A stretch of 63,165 nt of DNA, filler included, from Rhabdomonas costata (GCA_019059605.1; 45 parts of 45 records of this genome joined end to end with filler, not necessarily neighbours in it), one strand, 5' to 3'; numbered from the whole stretch's first letter, positions 35,309 through 47,833 are shown. Numbers and translations: made by a program. The notes: generated by a model from the sequence alone, not told the origin.

Positions 35309-36479
35309 CAATGTGGGCTCGAAGGCTCTTCGTGCAGTCCCCGGAGGTCGTGTCCCACATCTTGATCTGAAAAATCATAGCCAGAAAAATCACAAGAATC
35401 AGACTCCACCACCGCAAGCTACTATTTTAGTATCGCCCCACATTTTTTCTGCGTTTTCACAGGATTTGTCTACTCTATTGCGATACTAACAAATGAACAT
35501 TAAAAAAACTCTCGCCTGCCACTCGCCTGCCCGGATACGTGGATGTGGATGCTTAAACGCTTAACTCACTCGCCTCCCCACCCCCACCCCAACACCGTGC
35601 AGCGCTTGCAATCTGGCCATGGAATCACGCATAATATTGAAACTCTGCCAAAGAGCGGGCACACGGGTCCCCATTTTAAAAGATTCCATTCTATATGCAA
35701 AAGAGGAGTGGAGAGCAAAAGTTTTCATAGGATGCCACTCCAAATTTTTTTTCCAGCACCTCGATCCCTGCCAGCAAAGAGCAGCTGCACCACAGCCGAT
35801 GGGACTGGAAACCCACAGAACGTTAGAACCACCCACACAAAGGGCTAAGGAAGAGTCTAAGGAGCGCAATTGGCAAAGGGGGGACAGACCATGCCATCTT
35901 CGCCGCCCGAAAACAGCATGGGCGTTGTGGGGTGGCAGGCCAGAGCTTCAACGGCGCCCGCGTGACCTGAGGAGGGGGACGCCATAGCATGCCATGCGAA
36001 GAATAAAAAATAGCGGTGCAGCATGCGCCATCACCTTTTTTTGGGGGGGGGATACTAGTACAACGAAACGCCTCATTCATGTACACACAGACACTGCATG
36101 CACAAGGCACAAGTTCGTTTGGAGTTTTCCTCCATGCGGGCTTCTGACTGATTCTCCCACCTCCGTCCACACTGCTTTGGGGAAAATGAACGACCACCCC
36201 TTCCTATATTGCTGGGCGGAGGTCCTTAGGAACGCTCGCACTGGGCACCCAACCTTAAATTTCAGACACACACACACATACAATAGAGAGAGAGCGAGAC
36301 TGACAACCATAGAAACAGACACACACCGGTGTACACAGCCAGGGCGTTTGCGGTGGCCGGGTCCCACACCCGCACGGTTTGGTCGGAGGAGCCGCTGAAG
36401 AGCCTCCCCGAGCCATCCGACGCGGCCTGCAGCGCCCGCACCGGCGCGGTGTGCCCCGTGAGCTCCACCACGGCCACAC
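35309..36479 (-). CDS. WD40-repeat protein, three exons
   Basis: LTGHTAPVRAL...LFSGSSDQTVRVWD; G|HAGAVEALA...LFSGGEDGM|IKMWD...SLRAH. Both GT-AG introns are in frame. Confidence 0.92.
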
Positions 36480-37126
36480 NNNNNNNNNNNNNNNNNNNNN
36501 NNNNNNNNNNNNNNNNNNNNNNNTTAATTAATTAANNNNNNNNNNNNNNNNNNNNNNNNNNNNNNNNNNNNNNNNNNNNCGCCGGTTCTCTGGCCCTCAG
36601 GGGCGGGGTGGGTTGCCCTGGAAAAGGAAGGTCAGCGTGGGCCCCACTGTGGAGCAGTGATCCTGGCTTTGGACAGGCTGGAACATCTCGGGAGTGTCCT
36701 TGTCACTCATTTGGTCTGGGGTAAAGCATACATCAGTTGATCACTTGGTTGAGACTGAGTTCGTGTGTGCATTCCCTTCTCGCATATGCTGCTTCGGTGT
36801 AAGAATCACATCAACCCGATTTCAATTGCCCCTGGGCTGGTTCACCGCGACTACAACCAGCAAGCAACCGTTCCAACATCGGCTACCAAAAGTGTTCCCT
36901 CCTCAGCTTGCGATCCCTTCCTTTATCCTTATTTGACATCTCCCTGTGACGGGATGGAAGCGCTTCATATTCGGCGAATATGGGGGCAAGACTCCGCCTT
37001 TGTGTTATTTTTTTTTGTGATCATGCTATCGTGTCTTGATCACCTATTGCACAGTTTCTGCCTCTTTTTTATCATCGTCACCCGCTGGTCTTCTTTACTG
37101 TGGAAAGAAGTAGCGGTGAAAAAGGA

Positions 37127-37456
37127 ATGGAGCTCGAGGCCGCTGCAGCTGCCACTACGCAGGAAGTGCTTCAGACTTTGCAGTCCTCCGAGCTTGGATT
37201 GAGTGCCAAGGAGGCCTCGGCGGCGGCGGACCGTCGGGCGCAACGTGGTCTCTCACGAGCGTCCGCGTCCTGCCGTGGTGCAGCTGGCGCTGGCCTTCTA
37301 CAACCCCTTTGTGGCCGTGCTGCTGGGCCTTGCCGTAGTCTCGGTGTTGACCGACAGCCCCAGCAGTGGGGGGGTGTTGGTAGTGATGGTTGGGCTCAGC
37401 GGTACACTGAGCTTTGTGCAGGAGTTCCGCTCCACAAGGGCGTCGGAGTCGCTTCG
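37127..37456 (+). CDS. P-type ATPase N-terminal exon, MgtA/P3B-like Mg2+ importer, with a frameshift at ~37217
   Basis: GLSAKEA / ...GRNVV, QLALAFYNPF, LSGTLSFVQEFRS..A.E.L match the MgtA-type N-terminus. Ends at a GTGCGA donor. Confidence 0.75.
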
Positions 37457-38809
37457 GTGCGAGGGCCTGTTTTGTGCTATTTTTCCGGGAGGGGGGGTGG
37501 TCATTGGATTTGGCCTTCCCCTTTTCTGGGGCCCCGTGGAAGTAACTTTGTATTTTCCTGAATTTTGTTAATGGCCTCCCGTGGCCTTTCGCAGAATTTC
37601 ACGGTACCTGAATTTTAGTCGACCACGCCTTGTGGTATCTTTGGATTCGCAGGAGCCGCGGACATTTTCATGTCCACCTCAGACACTGGGTCCAGTGAAT
37701 TTGGAAAACTAATGCGAGCTTTTTCAGTCAGTGACCACTGCACTGTGAATGGATCAGCTTGTGTGTGTAACGCAAACTTTTATGGCGCTCTGCAGCCGTT
37801 GTGTTTGTGTGCATCTCTCTCCGGTGTGTTCAGATCGATGGTGCACGGCTCGGAGGTATTTGTGCGGCGGCCTGCCTCTCCCAANNNNNNNNNNNNNNNN
37901 NNNNNNNNNNNNNNNNNNNNNNNNNNNNTTAATTAATTAANNNNNNNNNNNNNNNNNNNNNNNNNNNNNNNNNNNNNNNNNNNNGGTTGGTTTGTTGATT
38001 CACATTCATTTGAAGATTTGGTGCAGTGTTGCTATTCTAATTGCCCTAAGAAATTGCCTTTCGAAAGAACTATTCGCTTTTTGAAGTGACGTGCAAGACA
38101 CTCTCAAAACCCCCTCAGCAGCCCAGCAATTTTTGCTTTTGGGCTGTATTTCGACAATATAAGTATCTGAGGGCAATTAGAATAGCAACACTGCACCAAA
38201 TCTTCAAATGAATGTGAATCAACAAACGAACCTGCAAGTGGAAACCAGTATCACTCCCTGCTCGTTCCTGAATCCTGTGGTGAAGCTTCAGGGGGTCGCG
38301 TTTGCTTGACAGCCTTTCTGAAGCGTCACGCTTCAGTGCTTTTCGTGGCAAAACTGAGCTTCCCGCGGGAAAGCTTTCTTGGTCAATGCGACGGTTCTCG
38401 GCGTGTCCCTTTGCGCGCAAATTGGGTGCACAAATCGCATGAGCAACAGAAATCGAAAGGCCAAGCCGGGTGTGCTGTTGGCGGTTTCTTACTTTCTTTT
38501 AATAAACCTGCTTCCATGCCGTGCATTGTTAAAAATTCCATTGTAAACGTAAAAAAGAATGAAAAAATAACAAAGATGTGTAACAAAGATGATGAGCGAG
38601 GACTCTCTTTTTTTTTCTGGTCGATTCGGTTGAAGGGCTCAACAAGCTTGGAAGCCAGTTCTTGGGTTGACAACATAGAGGCTTTATACCCAAGGCAATA
38701 AGTTGACTGAAAATAGACAAGAGCCTCCTGCTCCTCTTTTTTTATAGTGTTTTTTGACTTTATTTTTGTTTCTTTCATGTTCTTAAGCGGAAAATGAAAA
38801 AGTTTTCAC

Positions 38810-39280
38810 CTGAGAAGGGTCCGGCGGCGAGAGCTTTGGTTCCACAGCGCCAAAGGAAGTCATTGACACAGCATTCACAGCAGTATTCTCTTTTCTGCGA
38901 ACCGAGCTTGAATTTCCTAGCATCAGCACACGCGTTCGTTGATAGTCGCAGCTACTGAAGTCAGCCTGACCATTGCCACCAGAAAGCACCTGAAGATTGC
39001 GTATCAAAAGCAAAAAAAAGGGGGGGGGGGAAGCAAAAAATATGCAAAAGAAGGCGAACCTTGGCACTTGAGTGGTCATCTTGGGCAGAAGGCACGTCTT
39101 TTGCATTTGAACTGGGACGTCCATCACCGTGAGGCAACGCACCGAGGAGTTCCTCAACCTCACTGCTTTCTTCACCTGTGCTTTCAGTAGTGGGACCTTG
39201 AACACCGTTCAATGCAAACGTCTTCGTTTCCTCCCGGTCCGAAGGTGAATTAATCTTTGTGGTAGATACAGCACCAGCCC
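38810..39280 (-). CDS. Hypothetical low-complexity protein exons
   Basis: AG/GT-bounded in-frame segments (~39280-39060 and ~38989-38810). No family recognised. Confidence 0.3.
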
Positions 39281-39923
39281 CCCACACACNNNNNNNNNNN
39301 NNNNNNNNNNNNNNNNNNNNNNNNNNNNNNNNNTTAATTAATTAANNNNNNNNNNNNNNNNNNNNNNNNNNNNNNNNNNNNNNNNNNNNTTGTTTTGTGC
39401 GTACGTGTCTCTGCATCAAGAAGGCGGTGTAGTCGTTGGAGAGCCCGCCAGTGGTTTTTCGAGCGCTGTATGGGTGTTTGATCTTTTTGAACCCTGGGTG
39501 TTGTACAGGAGCAGAGCGTGAAGAACCCGTATGGTCTGACTTTGTGTTCAGATTCAGGTTATGAGGGAGAAAGGCTTGGTTCAGTCACGTTGCTCGCTTT
39601 GGTCAGAATTGATGAATGGTCTTGCGAACAAAGATTCCTCTCTTCTATGGGCTATTTGGGCACCAGTGAGATGAGAGCAATGCTGCTTTTTGAATCACTC
39701 TGGTCGTGGTTCTGGTGTGTACCTGGTAGTCTGGTGCCTCGTACCTCTGGTGCCCTCCAGCTTGTATACCGGAAGCATCCATGCGATGCATTTTGGGAGA
39801 TTCTTTTCCAGGGATCTGGTGGAGTCTCCTTCGCAACTTTGCAGTCCTTCTATCCCTTTTCCCGTTTCCCCTTTCTTGCCCTCATCCTGAGCTGTGCAAT
39901 TTCTGGGTGTTTTTGTTTGCGAG

Positions 39924-40040
39924 GTGCCCAAGGGAATGGCAGACGAGCTCAGGGACAGCGCGGCAATTGAGATCAATCTGCTGGACCCCATTCTTTGGTC
40001 CGACTCCTACGCCATTGGAGTGCCCCTGATCGACTACCAG
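39924..40040 (+). CDS. Exon beginning a hemerythrin (bacteriohemerythrin-like) domain
   Basis: ILWSDSYAIGVPLIDYQ| matches W...Y..G...ID.QH. The His would be the first codon of the next exon, after the GTATGC donor. Confidence 0.75.
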
Positions 40041-40794
40041 GTATGCGCTTACTTGCAATTGCATCCGCGAATCTGCAGTCAATCCTCTCGTTCGGATAGG
40101 ACAAGTATTTTTATTCTGCATTATGCCCATTTCGAAGCTGATCGCTTCAAATCTTGCGCCTAACATTGTGGGATCTGGTGAAATAGTTTGTCTGGGGCGA
40201 GTGAATGAATCAGTTAATGAACGAACGAGTGAGTGAATGAGTGGGTATGTGCCTAGGTGTGCGAATGCGAGGGGATGAGCCGCAGAGGTTTCCTCTATAT
40301 CCTGGAGCGAGGTTGAATGGAAGCGAGGTTGGGGGCTTCGCTCTTATTCATGCATGTCTTTCTTTCCGTGTACCTCGCCAACTTACTTCCCTTCCCGCTA
40401 TAGCAGTCATTTCACTTTTGGGGCTCGTGCAGTGCCTGTCCCCCTCACCCGGCCAGCCCACCCACTCCACGACCCTACCGTAACCATCCACATCGACCAC
40501 AACAGGAATTACAGCGGACACGCAAGCATCTTATGAACTGCACCCAACGACCAAAACGATATAGGGCGTGGCGGACCCAAACCGACTTCACAAAGAGCAC
40601 TTACACCTCGGCACACGCAGACTTCGATCGATCGAAGTCTGCGTGTGCCGAGGTGTAAGTGCTCTTTGTGAAGTCGGTTTTGGTCCCCCACACANNNNNN
40701 NNNNNNNNNNNNNNNNNNNNNNNNNNNNNNNNNNNNNNTTAATTAATTAANNNNNNNNNNNNNNNNNNNNNNNNNNNNNNNNNNNNNNNNNNNN

Positions 40795-41640
40795 TTGCCA
40801 TCAATTGTTAGTGATCGGTACTCGTTGTTTATCTCGTTGTTTGTGAAATATCTGATGATATTTATGGACGCTCATATCAGAAGATCGTCGCCGTATTACC
40901 AGTAGACCAACGGACATCCAAAGATAACAAATCAGACCTTGAATAGGCCAGAAGCGAAGCGGCAAGACTTGCTGGTGCTTGCAGAGATGGCTATTCACAG
41001 CGCGCCAATAGCAAACACAGAGCATAGTCCTTTCTACTTGAACTTTGGCTATCGTCCAGTCTTTTGGTGGAACTTGACAGAGACCTATGAGCCAGCTTGT
41101 GGAGCTTCGATCTAGTCACTGCGTGTTACAATTTGCAGAATGAAGTCAGAGTGGAATGCAGTTCGAGAATCGTTTAAAAAAACAGGAGATGTCCAAGCAG
41201 TGTGCTAATCAAAATAGAGCAAACTACCAGTTCTTTGTGGACAAGATCAGTCGAAATAGGCATTACAAGGGGACGTTTGGAGTCACAAAGGGACCGCTGA
41301 TGCCAAATGCGGTGATACCATTTGCTATTGTGTAAAGCTTATCACGAAGAACACATGTGTGCTGAAAATTCCAAAGGAAATTTGAGATTAGAGTCTGATT
41401 TTTATGCAAGTGACTTGATTCAATAAAAAACGAGAGTGATGAACCAAGCTTGAATGCTTCCTGAAGATGATTACAGTGGTAGAGGTGACGTTGAAGAGGG
41501 GGGTACGAAGAAGGTGGCGATGAACCATCCCCAGGAGGTGCACTGCTAGCTGAGGAGGAATGGTTTCAACGAGTGGACACAGAAGCTGATTAGGGAAGAG
41601 ATTTTCTTCCAAGAGAACCGGAAGTTAATCAAGCAGAGTT
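40795..41640 (+). pseudogene. Degenerate Ty3/gypsy integrase (possibly with chromodomain) remnant
   Basis: SPYYQ*TNGH..ITNQTLE (cf. YHPQTDGQTER.NQTLE), HSPFYLNFGYRP, and a decayed GPF/GPY region. Many stops and frameshifts. Confidence 0.75.
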
Positions 41641-42204
41641 ATACAATATTGATGGAGGTCCATTCAGTCAGGTCGAACGTCAGGAGTTTCTGAATGGTTT
41701 CCGAGGTTGTTGCCGAGAAGTAGCCGAGAGAAGTAATATGAATAAAAACCAAAAGCTGGTTCAGAAAAGACGATGTTTTCAAAAAGGCCAGTTTCGAGGA
41801 GAGTACTCAAGGACGGTGCGGAGAGTTTTATTCCCGAAAGTACACATGGTCGAGAAAGTGGTCGATATGCAATGTTAGATAAAGAAAACCACGAGTTGGT
41901 TCCATAAGATCTTGAGGACGAGCTAATTGAATGGAGAGGAACAGTTGCAGATGATATTCTTATCCAGCACACACAACTCAAATTGGAAATTGGAGGAGAG
42001 AATAAGGAATAGGAAGCTCCAGAAGAAGAAATTGAGAAGTTACATCTATTGAAATAGTTTTCAGTAGAGAGGATCAGGTGACATGCTAACCAACAACCCN
42101 NNNNNNNNNNNNNNNNNNNNNNNNNNNNNNNNNNNNNNNNNNNTTAATTAATTAANNNNNNNNNNNNNNNNNNNNNNNNNNNNNNNNNNNNNNNNNNNNG
42201 GTTT

Positions 42205-42395
42205 GTGTGTGTGTGGGTGTGTGTTGAGGATGAACTTGAGGTGAGCCTTGGTGACAGCGTTGAAGTGACGGTGGGGGTAGGCGTACTAGTCGGGGTGGAT
42301 GACATGGAACAAGCAGGGGAAACCGTAGCGGTAAGCGACGGGGTGATACTGGAGCTGTGTGTGGGAGTCGAGCTCGGTGTCCGCGAGGGAGGTGC
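42205..42395 (-). other. Ser/Thr/Pro-rich mucin-like coding stretch
   Basis: The minus-strand frame reads PSRTPSSTPTHSSSITPSLTATVSP...TPTSTPTPTVTSTLS. Confidence 0.4.
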
Positions 42396-43284
42396 CTCGT
42401 TCGTGTGTCTTCGTATGCGGTGGTTCTTCGTGGTCCCTGTCCTTATCAGGGGACATTGTGCGGGTGGTGTACGATACCAGCTGTGCGGGGTGGCCCTCCT
42501 TAAGTGACGCGGCGCAGTCCGGTCTGCCGAGTGGCATGCCGCGGCTTGAGTACACCAGCACCGGAGGGATGACTGGTACCACCAGCTACACCAGCACTTA
42601 CCTTCTGGGTATGCATTCCCCCCACACCCCTGTCTTCGCTGACAGGAGGGGGTGGCTCACTCCTAGCAATTGCTGGCTGCTTGCGAAGACCGACCGTTCG
42701 GTGAGATGGCACTGGTACTGAGTTGGGTATGCTGTGGCACCTTCCAGGCCTTTTTCAAGCCATTTCAAGTCATTATTTCTGCTAAATGTTGCATTGACAG
42801 CCCAAAGTCAGACAGCAGCTGACGTACAGGGCGATCCTGTATATGGGTTTGTATCTCGTGAACAACTAAATGACCCACCCACGATACATGGGTGATCCAG
42901 TTAAGTACCAGTGGTTACCCTTTCACCCAACTCAGTGTGGCCGTGACACTGTATATCGGGAAAGTGACGACTGAGCGAGGCAGCGAAGGAAAGCGCGAAG
43001 TGACAGGTGAGTGCACAGAGCTATGTGGATAAGCCAGCACTTTTTTGCCTTGTAGAATGCACGCAGGGGTGCCCTTCTAATGGGCGTTAGACGTTAAACA
43101 CGGTAAACACTGTTGGACTTCCACGCCTACGACACCCGTCTGACAGCCCGGGGGTAGGCTTTCTTGTAGATCCTGTGCAGGGGACGGTGGACAGGTTAGG
43201 TGGCAATACAGAGTGCAGAGCCCGACGTTGCCCAGACCCCAACTGTGTGCATGACCTTTTTCACTGACTTTAACGCTTTTACAG

Positions 43285-43504
43285 CCGCGGAAACCCAAAT
43301 CCGCGCTCACGCCCGCACAGGAGGGATTTTCTCGGTGTGCTACCTCGTGGCGGGTAGCTCCGGGGTGCTGCAGCTCGCAAACGTGACGATCTGCGGGCCC
43401 ACGACGCCGAACTACACGCTGCCCTTGCAGCGGATGTGCACCGGGGTGTCGGAGTGGCTGAGGATTCCAGGGCTAGGACTGCGCGAGGGGCTGCCCACAC
43501 AAAC
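43285..43504 (+). CDS. Exon of a putative extracellular beta-rich repeat protein
   Basis: TTTACAG acceptor followed by GC3-rich GGIFSVCYLVAG...NVTICGP. Confidence 0.35.
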
Positions 43505-43604
43505 NNNNNNNNNNNNNNNNNNNNNNNNNNNNNNNNNNNNNNNNNNNNTTAATTAATTAANNNNNNNNNNNNNNNNNNNNNNNNNNNNNNNNNNNNNNNN
43601 NNNN

Positions 43605-44909
43605 GTTGGGTGTGTCGTGTTGTCCTCGAAAACGTATGGCAGGCCCATGTGTACCGCCACTCGGGCGGTTGGACCGCGCCAAAGAGGGGTATGGCCGTCA
43701 CTGCTAACGGCCTGAGGATCCTTTTGAACTGTGCTGGCTGCCTGAGCGAAATGCTCGATGACCGACTCGGGCCAGTCCAGCCCCAGGAGGGACACCTGAG
43801 AGAGCGATCCAACTAGTGGGAAAACAGACCCCGTATTTCGACAGAGGCTCAGACCCAGTTCAGAAAACACCACTATCACCGACATCAGCCATCCAAGGAG
43901 GTCGAGTACAGCGCAAAGCCCGTGCCTTATGCTTTATGCACGACTGATAACGAGAGTGAGGTAAATCGCAGAACAGCATTTGGTGCTACTCAGGGTGTGG
44001 TCGATTCACCTACAATAAGCCAGGCGGCCAACTGGCTTCAAGTGGCTGCAGAGAAGCACTTGACAAACACTTTCTGCGGCGCGTGCGAATTCTCTGTTTG
44101 GACGGCGAATGGTGAAAGTTCCGCGCTTTCTCCCTCTCAGAACAGTTTTCTGGAATTGAGAGTGACATAATTGTCACCTTCATCCTCAGCAAACCGCACT
44201 GCTGAGACCGATTCTGTGAGGTGAAATGAGAAGGCAAGGGAATACTGCAAAGGGTGAAAAGGGAGAGGAAGAAGGAAGAGACGCAGGACACCTGCAGCGA
44301 GACGGCGAACCGAGTGGCCCGCACTGGGTCAGCAAAGGCCACAACAATCCCACAGCCTGAGGTCCGGTGGGCGGCCTCGTAGCCCCCCGCCTGTGCGGCT
44401 TGCATCCGGACATGCTCCGTGAACGTCAGCAGGGCCTGGGCCGTGTCCGACGTTTGCTTTTGCCAAAGCCCAACCGCATCGGTGATCTGTGAGCGCGCGT
44501 GTTGGTGCATTATTGCTCGCTTCAGAAAGAATAGGAAAACAAAAGTAAGAAAAGGGGGCATGCGAGGCTCAACGTCTAGAAAGTCTACGGACAGATTCTC
44601 AGATGGGAAGCGCGCAACAGAAGAATTCATTCACTGCAAACATGGGACAGCAAGCGTCGTGCCTGAAAAACGCAAGCATAGCCCGCATTCCCGAAACGCC
44701 ACCCAACCACTTCAACAAAGCATCTAAACACCAAATCCAGTTCAGCAGAAGCATAATTGCCAATGATGGCCAAAACGGAAAGATGACACAAAAGGTGAAA
44801 CTTCCTCAAAGCAGCGCGATTTGGTGGGATTGAAGAGTGCAACAGAGGAGGGGCGCCCGACTCCCCAGTACCTCCACCAGAACAAGCGTGACGTCGCAGC
44901 CTCGGGGAG
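43605..44909 (-). CDS. Class III adenylate/guanylate cyclase-like domain with degenerate catalytic residues; exons 44909-44872, 44486-44292, 43795-43605
   Basis: Spliced VTLVLVE|ITDAVGLW...VR......GGYE.......IVVAF.DP..A..FA..LQ|VSLL..DWP...LWRGPTARVAVHMG follows the trypanosomatid-type cyclase fold (VT..FTDI..ST.LW, YEVKT.GD.FM, LW.GLRVR.G.H.G). Confidence 0.85.
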
Positions 44910-47065
44910 NNNNNNNNNNNNNNNNNNNNNNNNNNNNNNNNNNNNNNNNNNNNTTAATTAATTAANNNNNNNNNNNNNNNNNNNNNNNNNNNNNNNNNNN
45001 NNNNNNNNNTTTAGGTGTGTTTGGTGGGGGGGGGAGAGAAACACGAGTCTTCCCCAGAAAAAAGTCGTCCCGGCCAAGTGCACAAAGTGTGCTGGAGAGG
45101 GACCTCCTCATTCATGTTGCCTTCTCTGTTCTGTTCGCCTATCGTGTACATCCGGCAATGGGGTGGCCAGCGACTTTTCTGCCACGAATATTTCACCTTT
45201 ATCGCTGGATGACTGGGCCTCCATGGACTGAAACAGATGGCAGGACCCCCTCTCACACACAACTGGAGCCCTGCAGGCAGCCTCCTGAATGTAATAGGAC
45301 TTATCCGGGAAATGGCCGAAGTGAGGTGGGGGGGGGGACCGAGCGTTCAGAGCAGTTGCTGGGAACCACCACAACTTTTTTATGCGGTGACGCAACTATG
45401 CTGTTCTGGGAATTTTTTGTGGGATGCTGTGGAAGAGGTATCGCCTGATGAATTGCAAACCAAGTTTGGTTGTGTGCTGCTGTGCCCGTACAGCTCCCGA
45501 TGCTCTCCGCCCCGAGCCGGCCTCCGCGGCCGACCCCGGATAGCCCAAGCACCCGGTATTTCTCTGTCTTCTCTCCTTCCTCTTCCGTACCCTGCTCTTC
45601 CTGCGTTCGCTTTCCTACTGTTTTAAATGGGCTCCAAGATGCGCTGACGCCAAAAATACCATGAACCATTAACCGACTCTTTTGCCCTAAAATAGGTCTT
45701 CCCCTGATAGGAGACCTCACATCTGCCCTTTCTCACCAGTTTAAGTTTTTATGAGCATACCTTTTTTGTTAAGGCTCCGGCTGGAGGATCCCGCTCTTCC
45801 GAAAGGAACCTATGTGCTGGGACCTGCATCCTCGTATTCCCGATCTCCACACACCCACATGTCTTCCTTCGCATCTTCCTCCTCCCCTTCCTTGTTTCAA
45901 GTGTCAGCCTCTTGCCCTCCACGTTGTTTTCCCTTGCGTTTCTTCTTGTAAAATCTATTTGTTTCTAGCGCAGTGCTGTGACTTGCCGAAAAGACAAATC
46001 AATTTGGAAAAGGGCAAGCTTCAATTTTTTTTGTCGCTAGCCTCCAAGCGTGTAAGGCCAGCTAAGCCGAAGGGCATTTCATTAGCTTTCATTAGATCCT
46101 CAAAACAACTTTTGCAAATTATAACCTCCTCAGCAATTATTGCTTTGGAAGGCGCAAGCGCCCACTGTGCTTCGCCTAACCGTGAGAATGACCGAAAGGA
46201 GAGGGGGAATCCCCGACACGGTAAATAAAAAGGAGATTTATTAGATTATTAGATGTAATGTGCAAAAGTAGGTTATAATAAATCCGTGGGAAGAATTTTA
46301 TTGAACCCAACCCCNNNNNNNNNNNNNNNNNNNNNNNNNNNNNNNNNNNNNNNNNNNNTTAATTAATTAANNNNNNNNNNNNNNNNNNNNNNNNNNNNNN
46401 NNNNNNNNNNNNNNGGGTGTTGGGCAGTTGCGCCGTGACATTTGCAAGGGTTCATCAGTGAATCTACATTCAATGTGGCCCATTTTAAGTTCAACGGTAT
46501 GCCGACTTTAGCTGTATTAAACCGCTGCGTTTGCCACAACTGAGCAAACAATACTTAAGCTGACAAGAACTATGTCACGAAAGGCCACAGACGCTTCCAA
46601 ATGTCACGGCGCAACTGCCCAACGCCCTTCAACAAGTGCATTAACGCACCAGGGCCAAACTACAAGCGCAGCTGAAACCTGCTGGTACAACTTTGGTCGA
46701 CCGTGCAGCAATTAAAGCTGACCAGAGTGCCCAAATCGCAGGGATTTCTTTCCCTTCAAATTTAAAGTGCGACATCAAACGGCACTGCTGACAGCACAGT
46801 GCTGCAAACGCGGCCAGTGGTCCGTATAATGTGTGCACAGACAGCGAGCCCTTCGCAGTAGCTCAGCGCAGTCACACTTCTTGCAGGTTGCTTTCGTTTG
46901 CCACAGCCGTGCGTGCTCCCCTGCGCTCCGTTCAGTGCAGGCGTGAAGCTACCATCCGGTTGTGTTCAGCAATGCACGCACTCGGGACCCCACGTCGATT
47001 CACATCACTACCCCCAGAAGCGGTGAATAGAATCCCTGGGGCAGAGTGAAGGTGGTGGTGATTTC

Positions 47066-47463
47066 CTACTGCACCAGCAACTTCTTCAGAGCATCCAGAA
47101 GCTTTGCCGAATCCATGCGGTGGCGGAAAAGCTCCGTGCCCTCCAGGTCCACCACAGGTATATCAAACTTGTAAAGCTCAAACCACCGGTCGTTGCCCGG
47201 ATCCTCAATGTTCACCTTAAACCCAAAGCAAAGCAGGAATACATCCGCTGTAGAACCTTGCAGCATAGGAATCAGGAAACCCCACACGACACGCTTGCAT
47301 GAGTGCAGAAAATTCCACACACCTCTTCGAATCGCACAGCTGCCGAAAGCTCGGGATGCTGCCGAAGCACGTCCTGAATGCCAAACTTCACGGGGTAGCA
47401 CAGGCCGCAAGCCGGCTTCGAGAAAAGCCGCAGCACCGCCAGACGCATTACCCCACCAGCCAT
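47066..47463 (-). CDS. Glutaredoxin-like protein (DUF836/C5orf63-type), complete; exons 47463-47323 and 47215-47066
   Basis: LFSKPACGLC (CxxC), EE|VNIEDP...WFELYKFDIPVV...F.HR. ATG to TAG with one 107-nt GT-AG intron. Confidence 0.9.
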
Positions 47464-47833
47464 GGACACACTAGCGCGACTCACTCTGCACGCTACTTTC
47501 AATTATCGTCACTACCACGAAGGACCAAAAACGGCCGCAAAAAGATTGAACTTTGAAGGAGACACCAAGAGACAGGAGAAAACCAGAGGGCAGAAAGAGG
47601 CAGAAGCTGACGAAGCTGACGTGAGTAGCTGATCATTCCAATGCATCGGGAGACAAGCAATAGGGTGAGGAATGATGGGAAGGCCAAGTTTCCATTTCAC
47701 AAGCAGCTAAAACNNNNNNNNNNNNNNNNNNNNNNNNNNNNNNNNNNNNNNNNNNNNTTAATTAATTAANNNNNNNNNNNNNNNNNNNNNNNNNNNNNNN
47801 NNNNNNNNNNNNNTGTGTTTGTTCCAAACACAG

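Noticed and set aside
44012..44046. Apparent cyclase exon PLEASWPPGLL
   Set aside because: The exon starting at 43795 (VSLLGLDWP...LWRGPTARVAVHMG) fits the fold much better, so this segment is intronic.
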